Made by a program: the position numbers and the translations under genes. A stretch of DNA of 64,000 nt, from the NCBI RefSeq assembly GCF_024521635.1, contig NW_026250428.1, positions 372,001 through 436,000 on the forward strand, in the 5' to 3' direction. The stretch comes from Tricharina praecox (Eukaryota). Positions 50,376-60,876 of this stretch are shown here, piece by piece; within the stretch, counting starts at the first letter, position 1; each line of letters starts with the position of its first letter. Below the pieces are notes generated by a model, which searched no databases, was not told where the DNA came from, and was given only the letters and a program-made list of their open reading frames with translations.

Positions 50376-52382
50376 CACCGTTCGGTTAGATGGCAATCTC
50401 GTTGTGGGCCTCGCTTCATCCCTGGACTCAGCCTCCGCACCTTTACTTTTGTTGATGGTCTGATGCAGTCGGAGAATAATGCGTGAGCTGCGTAAGCTGT
50501 TGTCTACAACAGAGTAAAATATAACTACAGCCATCTCACCGGCCTCATGTCCTGCTACCATCAAATCACATAGCACCTTGGGATATCTTCAGGTTTGTAT
50601 GGTTGAATTTTAGGTGGTGTCCAACCCGACACTCCTGCTGTCTGTTTGTTTTCCACTTACCATCGGTTTAAACGTTTGGTGAATGGTATTTCCATCTACG
50701 TTCAGTCTTCCGATCGGCGAGAGAACAAATTTTAGTGAAAGACCTCACCTGCACTCATTAGTGGCCAACTCTACCGATCTACATACCCGCTTATTCGACA
50801 GCTTTCGTGAGGAAGCGAAGCATTAGCGAGAACGTGATATGGCATTCGTCGCCGAAATTTGGTTGTGAGGAGGATGGTGTTGCAGAAATCGATTGTCACG
50901 TGCTACTACTTGTTACCTAGAGGCCAGGCATACCCGTGGTCCGGTCATTCGTCACCTTTAGATGCCTGTCCGAAGGTGGGACTGCGGTTGCCCACGTCTG
51001 CCGCCGCAGTCCAATTTTGGCGGATACGAAAGCCGAGCGAGCGGGGCTTTCGCGATCCCTGCTGTGGGCTTCGTCGTAGTCTCCGGAAGGAGTCCCGGGC
51101 TCCCGGGTATCAACATTCAGAAGGCAGACCGCCTTGTAATTTTCTTCCCGCACGCAGTAAAAGCGTTTCGGGACTTGCTTGGTAAGTCTTTCGTAGGCAG
51201 TCCAGCTGCTTTATCCAGTGGGTCCGCCACGTCTACTGAATTCAAGACCTATGGCTAATAAACACCTGTGACCACCGCCCTCCCGAGTGGCTGTGCTGCC
51301 GTACCTGGGGTTCCACCTAACGTGGCGGTGTGTGAGATCAGTCGGTATGATCTGGTCAGCTCTCGATGAGTAGCACCTAAAACGGAGATCTAATCTACTC
51401 CATAGGTGTCCTGTTTGGATTCTGAGGTCAGAAAATGATTGATGTCGCTTTCGCTAAATCTCAGTGAGATGGGATGAATCCTTTGGCGAAAAGCTTCGCA
51501 CGTGTAGGCGTGATCGTCGATATCTGCCTCGGGGAGCTCAGAGGTTCTTGACGACGTTTTAAATGTCTGGCTCCGCTCATAAGTAGATCTTCAGGCTGCA
51601 GGGGCAACTCATTAGAAGAGTTGCGTCTCTGAATAGAAGTATTAGAGTTCGGTGGATTTTCACGTTAGGCGACGGCGGTCCAAGATTAAGTCTTCAGATG
51701 CGCAGCGTTCAGATGCGTTTGATTTTGTCTTTGCGATAAATTTCGATGAACCCGTACGCAAACTTCCGCATGCATTCTGATCCATGCAAAATAGGAGGTG
51801 GATCGAGGTTGGACCCCATCTGTGACCGCGAGCGTCCAGCGCCGCCTCGCCACCCTCGCGGGCCGCCGGGCCTTCAGTTCATCCCAGAGCTTGTCAAGCC
51901 GAGGGGCTGCGGAATTGACATCGCTGAGCGCGATCATAGGTGCGACGTCCTACCTGGAGCTTGTCCTGCCTGGCGATATCAAAAACACCAACCTCCTCGT
52001 ACAGCTTGCACAATGTGCCCCCAAATTTCTTGTCGCCGACGCCATCTAGCCCCTAGTCAGGTACAAGGACCTAGATGTGTGGGACAAGTTTTCCCACACC
52101 GCGTCCCAGACTGCGAGTCTTTGTGTCAAGCGGATTTGAGCGAACAAGTGAGAGAGAGATGGAGATGTGATTGCTAGATACAGAACAAAAGAGCAGACAA
52201 AAGAGAGAGTATTTAAAGAGATATATAGAAGCAAAAACGAAATCCCGTCATATCCATTCTGCAAGATATCCGTCCGTTCCCACCGAGGTTATTCCCCAAC
52301 TCGGTCTATTGGTGCCCGAGGACATTAAACCGGATCACCGATAAGTCTGCTCCTCAACGATGGAGACATTCTGCTCCTTTGT

Positions 52383-52516
52383 GAGAGAGACAGAACATCA
52401 ATTCATGGTTGCATGCAGCCTTACTATACTATGGCGACCACCAACTTCCCAACCTTTCCTACCAGCTGCGCGGGGTCGAGAGAAAGCTCTACCACCACGG
52501 CCCGATGCTGCGCCGG
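52383..52516 (-). mobile_element. Third copy of the (TC)n-tailed short retroposon (may extend further)
   Basis: Aligns with 36235-36366 through gagaaagctctaccaccacggcccgatgctgcgccgg. No TSD found. Confidence 0.75.
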
Positions 52517-53287
52517 GTGGGCCCAGCTTGGTTACCAGCAGTTTCTTCAAACAAATATTAGTTTCCCATTTCCTACAAATGTTATGCAATGTGCATGATC
52601 GTATGACATACCTCGACCATGGTGGAATTGCCGTTCTGCAAAATTGGTGTTCGATGTGGGAGAGATGGTGGAAAGGGTCGAAACAAAACTTGGTGGGGTT
52701 TTGAACGTAATGTGGTAGAGAAATAGAAATTGATGTGGGAGACATAGTCGAAAGGATCGAAGCAAACATCGTGGGGTTTCGAACGTGGTGTAGCAGCGGT
52801 AGGGGTCGGTGAGGCTAGGGTATGTAATGCAGGGCTAGGGCTAGGGCAGGGAATTGCCCACGTGATGTTCTTGCACGGGATTCAGAGGTGGGTGTCTACC
52901 TGGTGCATAATGTTGCCAAGCTTTCTTCCCGCTAGCATGAGATTACTCCGGTGCACCGCTTTTCAGACGATAAGCGACAGCAAACAATTCGGGGGTAACT
53001 AGTAGAGTACTTTCCCTCGTAGCCTAACTGAAACTCGCTACGCCGCCATCGCTTGTTGAGCGTCGTGGAGAGGTAAGGTGGCTTCCCATGCCCGGAGAGC
53101 GCCGGAGGACTGGGACCAGTCCGGACAATAGTGGGACTTGGGTGAGACCAACTTCCGGGGGCATGAGGGCATGAGGGCCTGATCAGCCTTGGCAAAAAAA
53201 CTATTTGACGTGAGCGGGACTGTTCTTTCAAGGCCTGACTTTGGACGGGCTCAATTAGACTACACACCCATCCGTGGGAGGCTTACT

Positions 53288-53712
53288 GGATTGCTACTGT
53301 GGGACGTAGCTGGAACTGACGTCTTGGCACCATTTTTCGACCCTTGGCTGCGGACCTTGGGTGGATTTGTTGTTACGACGTTGGGACTGGCTGTCGTACC
53401 TGGGGCTGCAGGGGTGGGCCTGTTTCTGTTTTGCTCATCGATTCTGTTTTGTTTTGGTCGCTCGTGTTCTTCTTGACGGTTGTACGACGATGTGGCGGCG
53501 GCCAAAGTTTGCCGATCTGTTGTATTATACTGGCGGGTCTGTCTGTCTCTCTCTCTCACCGCCAGTGTCGTTCATCATCCTTCATCACTGTGTGTGTCGC
53601 TCATCATCCATCATCACTTTTCTTCAGGCGGCTGTTCGTTCATCACTTGATTTCTTTACCGCTTGCGCCTCTTTTAGTATTGGGTATCTTGACTCGCTCT
53701 TACCTTCTCACC
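53288..53712 (+). repeat. Right arm of the inverted repeat pair (partner 49915-50375)
   Basis: See the left arm; the translations WLRTLGGF...LG.AVVPGAAG are shared in opposite orientation. Confidence 0.85.
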
Positions 53713-54589
53713 TAATTCTTTCTTCCGTGACTTGTGATCCACGTTCTTCGCCCCTGACTACAACCTGAGCCCTCTTACCAAAGTCGGCCGTGGGCCCCTC
53801 CGGCCCCTGCTCCCTCATCTAGTGCGCCAAATCCGGATACACCCTCTTGAAGGATTTTCAGTCTGATACTACCTTCGTCTGTGATTACGTCATCGAACGG
53901 TGGTTTGTCGGATGCCATTCCCAACCCCTCTGAGGTCAGCTTACCAGCCACGTGACACGAACGTCGACTATGGGACGCAGAGAGAACGTCCGGAAGGAGA
54001 AGGCCCTGACAAAAGTGCCTGACAGACCGCGTCCAGATCCAATACCTCAAGAACCGGACGAGCCCGAGAGCTTGCCTTCGGCACAAGCGACGCAACCGAC
54101 GACGATACCTACACCACATTTTCTTCCGTTCACACTGAACTCTTCACATCTTTCGGGCTTTCGCCAGTTTCCTTCTGCTTGACGGCCTCACGGTCATACT
54201 CAATGACATTATCGGCTGTGGCTCCGGTGATGCATTACGCCAGCTTGCTTCCCACCTCATGTCCGCATTACTCGTTCCTTGTAAGTACTTACCCACAATC
54301 ACAATCCATTCGACTCTCCTACCGGATGCCCTGCAGTAGCTTACTACCTGGTCTTCTCTCTCCAGTGAAGGCGCGCGGCTGGTTACCGTCAGTTACACCG
54401 TCACGGCTATTAGGAGCTGAAGCCGATGCCCAGGAGGTAGCCTACGGTACGTATATGTGTTTAGCAAACATTGAATTGCAGCATTCCATTCTAACGACAA
54501 TGACAGTCCACGGAGGACCACGGGTTGCAGAACCACGACGGAACGCCCTCATTCCCGATACGACGAAATATCACACGATACAAGATATA

Positions 54590-54750
54590 TACGGACAGAT
54601 CCTCGCCGAACCTCGTGCTTCCGATCAAGCCGACTGGGTCCGCTACCGGGAATCAATCCTTTATCCCCGCCTCATTGCTTATGCTATCCGAGTGGAAAAA
54701 GCAAATCCAGGCAAAGAAGTATGGATTGTCAAGGACAATGCACCTATGAA
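54590..54750 (+). mobile_element. Tc1/mariner-like DDE transposase fragment
   Basis: DWVRYRESILYPRLIAYA......PGKEVWIVKDNAP resembles the Y...IL.P........DNAP.H segment around the second catalytic Asp. Confidence 0.55.
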
Positions 54751-54849
54751 CTCAGGAGCACCAAGCATGATTTCCGCTGATGCCAATCCGACTTGCGAAT
54801 GGGGTGCAGGAATGACATACATGTTCTTCTTCTCCAATAACACGCATAC

Positions 54850-55440
54850 GATTGCTCAACTTACAACGCGATCTCCAGATGTGGCTGGGCGATATAACGC
54901 AGACTGTATCCATGTGTTTCCAAGGGGTGGATACGTTGCTTCACACAGTGTATCAGCAAACATTTGCGGCCTGCTCTTCGGGTCCCGGTGACAAGCCAGC
55001 CGCCTCCACAATCGAAAAGGAGCTGTTTTCTTTACGAGAGTTGTTGATCAACCTACTGACAGAGCCGCATCAAGACGAGGGCGACTTCAAGTATGGCTTT
55101 GCGTGGCTGACACCATTTGGAAAATATGAGGATGGAAAGTTCTGCGTTTCAATGATAGACTTGGGGATTGGGTGCAGGAATGGCATACATATGTGGTGTA
55201 TGTGAAGGGTGGTGTGGTAGGAATTTATGATCCTAGCTATGTAGCCAACCCACAGGCTATACGGTTGAGGGACATGAGGACGGTTTCTTTGGCACTGCAG
55301 TTTCTAGAGGCGTTGAGGAAAAAGAGTATGAAGGTGGTGGAAGTTTGGATTGGCGCGGGAGGAAATGCGGAGGGAATGTGCAATGGAATGAGCCGGAGCT
55401 GAATGTATGAGGAGGTGGTTCAAAAAAGAGTTGCTGCTAA
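54850..55440 (+). pseudogene. Decayed gene with a papain/Ulp1-like His-Asp-Cys arrangement
   Basis: WHTYVVYVKGGVVGIYDPS...VWIGAGGNAEGMC; frameshift near 55170-55200 and TGA at 55400. Confidence 0.4.
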
Positions 55441-56269
55441 ACTGGCCAATTGGGAGGAGAGGGGCTGTCAGAAGTTACGGGCGTTCTAGATGGTTGGAGA
55501 GAAAAGGAGTGTGTGAATGTGAGTGAAAAGGAATGATGTTGGTAGAGAACAGGGAGGGTGATGAGAGTGGTGAAGGTGGTAAATGTGAAGTAGAGTAGAG
55601 TAGACCAGTAGGGGGGGGGCTGCAAATTTTCCGGCTGTGTGAGTAGAGAGAGCTCGCTACTCACAACATTGTTGTTATACCTAATTCATTATCTTCTTCT
55701 ATCTTCCTCATTATTCAACATTGTAGATACCTATACCGGCCATAACCTTCGGATCCATGCTGTACATATTAATTATCAATCAATAAATCTCGCCGTTACT
55801 GCTATGGCATGCGGATGCAGGAGGTCCTTGAGTAAGATCCAGCAAGTGAGGCGTCTGAGTGGGAGCTCCATCAGACGTAGCGACGCAGTTAGACTTCGGA
55901 AAACAAGAGGAAGTTCTCGAAGCCATGGATGACCTTCACGAGAGGTAACAGACGAGGGCAGAGGGAAAGCGAGTGGTCACGTGTGGCCAGCGTTTCTAGT
56001 GGCGGCGATGCGAGTTCTGGCAGTGTTCGGGATCTCTTCTCTTCCAGTGACGATGACCATAGGCTATAGCTCGGCAAGACCTGTGCCCGTGTCCGCGCCC
56101 GTGCCCACTTCCTCCTGCGTCGCGCCCGACGGCGGCGAAGCTAGGACTGTGCGGACACGGCAAGCAGAGGTGGTCGTCGGCTATGCCAGACGCGACCACA
56201 TCGCTCTAACGTTGAGCACGTTTAAGATGTTGAGTACGTACAAATCTCGAACATTCTGTGGAGACCGGT

Positions 56270-57271
56270 GGCGGAATTTGCAAATGACTCGACGTCGACA
56301 GAAACTCACGGTTATGCAGGATCTGACACAACTTAGAGCTACAACCTATCGTTTGCAAGGGGTACGGCGTAAGGCGAAAGGCGGTGAAATCGAACCTTGT
56401 CGCTTGAACGGCCACATGCAACGCCACCGGAAGGATACCAACTTACTAAGTCTTCTTCATAACGCAGGGACCGCAAGTCTTGCCATGATCTCAAACGATT
56501 CGTATAGTAGCCTGGACGTGTTTAGCGTCGCGATGATCATCCAAGTGCATTACTGCGTCGCATCAGTGACATATCCGGTATATGACGGTGAGAGGTTTGC
56601 TGGGTTGTGATATCTGCTGCCCATCATGCCATGAAGATTTCCATGTGGGTAGAACTTAGAGCCAGGGAGTCTCGTTCGGATGGATCTGATTTTTCGATTT
56701 TCCGCGGATAATTATCCGTAGACAATAGAGTCTTAGTAGACTCTATTTAGACTTCAACAGTGTCAAAAAGCCTGTTCGTACCTGTGCCGTAACGTAACTG
56801 TCTGTGAAGGGCGGTGGCACAAATGACTCGACGTCGTAATGCACTCCATGCTACGCAGGATCTGGAAGATTCTATAGCTTACACGTATCATTTATAAGGA
56901 GTAAGGTTCAAAGTCGAGACCTCGAACCTTGAGGCCTGACATGCCACATGCAACGTACTCTGAAGGAAGCCAAGTCTTGCCATGCTCCCAAACAATTCTT
57001 CCAGTGGCCGGAGGAAGTTGCTTGCCTCGCCAGAAATATTCGCGTTTCTGCGTAGTACCGTTGTAGCCCGGGTATAGATTGCGGGAAAGAGGCTTCGTGA
57101 ATCGTGACATCTGCTGCTCATTAAGATTTCCATATGATTAGAGTTACCTCCGGGCGGATCGTGATTTTATTTTTGGTGGATGATACCTATGTACACTCTA
57201 TGTAGACTTCAACAGTGCCAAAAATAAATCTATTTAGACTTCAACAGTGTCAAAAAAGCTTGTTCGTACCT
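56270..57271. repeat. Diverged ~500-bp tandem duplication (56270-56783 / 56812-57271)
   Basis: Shared anchors caaatgactcgacgtcg, gcaggatctg, aagtcttgccatg, aagatttccat and ctatttagacttcaacagtgtcaaaaa..tgttcgtacct. Confidence 0.75.
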
Positions 57272-58994
57272 CTGCAGATGACAGCTGTGCTGTAACTTAA
57301 TTATGACCGTAATCCGGGGGCACGAATGGATCATATAAGAACCCGGCCTTTTCCCCCGCTCTTCTCAGTTCCCCATTCCGACCGCATCTATCACTCACCT
57401 CCCTCATCTTTTTCTCTTCAAATTTTCGACTTCAGACCCCCCAACGCTAATACAATGCTCGACCCACAGAACCTATACATCTCGGAGGGGACGCTCACCG
57501 AACTTGAGGCGCTGTACCTACGGCATTCTAACGACCCGCTCCTTCTGCCTACCGTCATCGAACGCCTCCCCAAAACTGTCCTTCGCTACATTCATGTGTT
57601 GGAGCGTCGAGGTTCGTGCTGCAGCATTCCCAGTGGTTCTAATGCGCAGAGCCCTTCGCTAACTGCAGGATATTAGTCAATGCGAGGACGCAACTCGAAC
57701 GCGACTTCTTCGATAACGTTTACAGGCAACTTAAGCAGGCGATGATCGATATCCCCAGGGCCCGCAGTATGTGGCATAACCAAGCTAGCCCTGTCTCCCG
57801 AGATATTTTGCTAATCACGTTCCCGAGGTCGACAGAGACCGGGGAGAATTTGTGGAAGGTCTTTCTCCATTACTTCTTGGTGGTTCACCTCACGGACCGT
57901 ATGTGCAATCTCTGTCTAATGTTCTTGGTCTTCATGTTTGTCCAGCGCTGACTACTATCCAGAGGTCGTGAGCTTTGTCGCAGATAGACTACTGGACGAA
58001 CCTACTGTGACGCGGTGGACGAGTGATGGAGTGAGCTACCTTGCGTACCTGTAGACATCAGTATGTGCAACGCCAGTCTACTACTCGGGCTCGTCGGTTG
58101 GTTCCAGCGCTGACTGCTATCCAGAGATGTTGAGGTTTCTCGATGAGAGGAGAAGGAAGCTTTGAGGGGCGGTGGGGTGGCGCCCGAATGATGGATTGCG
58201 CTGGGATGCGCAGACAAATAATGTATCACGTATGCTCGAAGATTGATTATTGATGAGCGGTTTTGTACTCAAAATTCAAATAATGTTACTGTGCCAACGT
58301 ATTGCTCTCTCTCTTTCTCTCCCGTTTTGTCTTGGTGGGTGCTCTGTCGTGGTGTAGTAAGGCGACAAGCTGTGTGTTGCAAAGCCCTGTGTTGCAATAC
58401 ACAGCATTGATACCCACTTGGTGCGAATATCCAGGTGGTTGAGGGTACCCCGACTCAGTGGTGGAGACGTGGCTAGATTGGGGACTCGGGAGAGGGTTAA
58501 AAGGGGGAGGTTTAAGTGGGTCGGCAAGTAACGCCTAAGGCCGAGGCCCAGGGGTGAGGTACATGGACGTTTTCTGAGCGTGCTCTCGATCAGACGCGAT
58601 GTGGCTGGTCAACGTTGAACTGTTTTTCTATTGTTTTTTGTTCTTAGGAATGCTTGCGGTACTTAGAAAGCGTCTTCAGTGTCGAGAACAGCCAAGCAAC
58701 CACTGGGGCACTGGGGCCAAAGAATAAGCCGAAGTGGTGGGTACTTGTTGGTGGAGGATTCGAAGATGGTGTGGAAACTGTAGCTGAAGCAGTTTCTTGG
58801 GCTGGTGGTCTGGCCGGGAGCGGTGCATCTGGTTGACAAGTGTATGGTCGAGGCTGGCTAAGTAATATGATAATTTCGTACTTCAGAACAATTGTTTAGT
58901 TACAAGACAAATTTTCGTTCTCAGGATTCTCGCTTTTTTATTGTCATCTACAGTACAGGTTTGGTGCGCAAAAAAACGGGAGACTCAGACACCA

Positions 58995-59021
58995 AAATCA
59001 ATCAATCAATCAATCAATCAA
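58995..59021. repeat. (AATC)n microsatellite
   Basis: aatcaatcaatcaatcaatcaatcaa. Confidence 0.9.
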
Positions 59022-59222
59022 CGACCTCTATTTGAATGCATTTCGAACCTCGTCCCAGCACCGACCACAACCGGCATCGACGACATTAAGACTAGCTAGA
59101 AAAAAGGTAAAAGGTTAGTATACGCGATAGGAAAGGGGAGAGTCGGCCCGCAAGTACCAGCTCGATGTACGCTCGTGGCGGACAAGGTCAAAAAGCAAAG
59201 AAATAGGACTCCTGATTTGTGA

Positions 59223-60712
59223 TCAGCGCATTCTATTCTTGATCATCAATTCGAGCTCTCGGTTTTTTTCCTCGACTTCGGCATCTGAGAGACGGAGTTT
59301 GTCTTGCTGCTCACGCAACCATTCCGCCTTTTTCTCCTGTTCGGCAAGCGCTAGCTGCAGCTCCCAGAGTTTGTCTTTGTTGGCCTTCAGCACGCCCTCG
59401 CCGGCATGGATGGCGTCGACGATGATCTGACTCTCGGCGAGAATACGCTCCATCGCGTACCTCGTAAGTCCCCGGACTCCAACCGTAGCCAACGCGGCGA
59501 TCTCCGCAATTTCGACTTCGGGGGTCTCGAGACGGTGGATCGTATCGCGGAGGACACCAGTAAGGCTGTTGTTGTGAGGCTGATCCGCCGAAAGAACTTC
59601 GCCCATCACTTCTTTTGACATACCGACGCCGCCGGTCTCTCGGAATTCTGATCCAAAATAGATAGGCCTGCCGGTAACCTCGTTCTGTGATCCTCCGAGA
59701 AGGTCGGTGGCCGTGGCCACGGGTGACCCCTTGTCTACCTCATCAACTGCATCCTCAGAATCCGCATCTTGCGGTCGCTTCGCACCGACGAGTTTATCCT
59801 GCCGGGAAAAGTATGAATCGATCTTCTTGCGGTCCACCTCCGTCAGAAACACCCCATTCACGTAGTGCTTGAGCCCCGAGCGCTCCAGGTTCCACGTAGG
59901 CCACTCCCGGTCGGCCTTCGGATGCGAGTTGTCGGAAAAGAGCAAAATCTGAGCATGGGTAGTGAGCTGTTCACGTCTCTCCGAAAACAGTCTGGCCATC
60001 CTCGCGAGGAAGATTCCGGTCAAAGTTCTGAAATAGACCATGTACTCTCCTGCATCGGAAGGTCCCCACTCCTCCTCGGCCACAACGGGAACGATCGGCA
60101 TCCACAGGAGACGCACTGTCCTCGGAGTTAACTGCAAAGCCTCCAATACCTCCTTGGGATCGAGTTTCGGTAGCTTGACCTTCGCAGCACGGCACCTGGC
60201 GACTTCCTTCGAAAGCGTCTTGCCCCTGGTAGTTTCCTTGACAAAGTAGGTTGTGAGCCGCATATGGATCGATGCAATCTCGGTAAGGAGGATCTCAAAA
60301 CGCTTCCCGATTTTCTTGTTGTCGTCTTCCGAGAGTTGAAAGACCTGTGGATCGAGCTCGTTGACGACCGCCAGAATCATCTTCTCCGAGTAGTAGTGAC
60401 ACCGGTAGAATAGGCAGCAGAACGCCACCTGCATTCTATTGAAAAAGTCATCCTTCGACTTCGCTGGTTAGCCTTGACGTCTTTTTCGGGGATCAACAAA
60501 ACCCATACCTTGGCATTCCCGACATAGTCTCGGATCTCAGATGGAATGAACCGGTGCATTTCATTCGGCGTCAGATCCCATTCAGTAGCCTCCGGAGCAC
60601 CCGAGCGAGTCTTCTTTCCCGTCGTTGGCATCGGTGTTCCCACAGCGGGGCGCTTTTTATCCACCATCTTGTTGCCGGTTGAAGCTCGTTTTGTTTCAGG
60701 GTCGTTCGACAT
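59223..60712 (-). CDS. Orphan protein (~470 aa) with C-terminal coiled coil; probable exons 60712-60509 and 60428-59223
   Basis: A 403-aa ORF plus an upstream ATG ORF joined by a GTATGG..CAG intron (phase 0; acceptor uncertain). A decayed paralog at 31.3-31.8 kb supports coding status. Confidence 0.7.
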
Positions 60713-60759
60713 GTTGTTCGTGTTTCAGTTGGTGGGCGTTTTGTGAGGTGTTACCGAGC

Positions 60760-60876
60760 GTGTAGGAATGAAGGGTGGTGTTGATGTGGAGAGGAGGAAC
60801 ACTGGAGAAGTCTCGGGAGATGAGAGCTCCCCGGTGTAGGAATGAAGGGTGGTGTTGATGTGGAGAGGGGGAACAC
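60760..60876. repeat. ~42-bp direct repeat pair upstream of the orphan gene
   Basis: gtgtaggaatgaagggtggtgttgatgtggagagg.g.aacac at ~60760 and ~60834. Confidence 0.85.

Noticed and set aside
50420..52260. Transposase inside the inverted repeat pair
   Set aside because: Only broken frames with no DDE or other recognisable motif.
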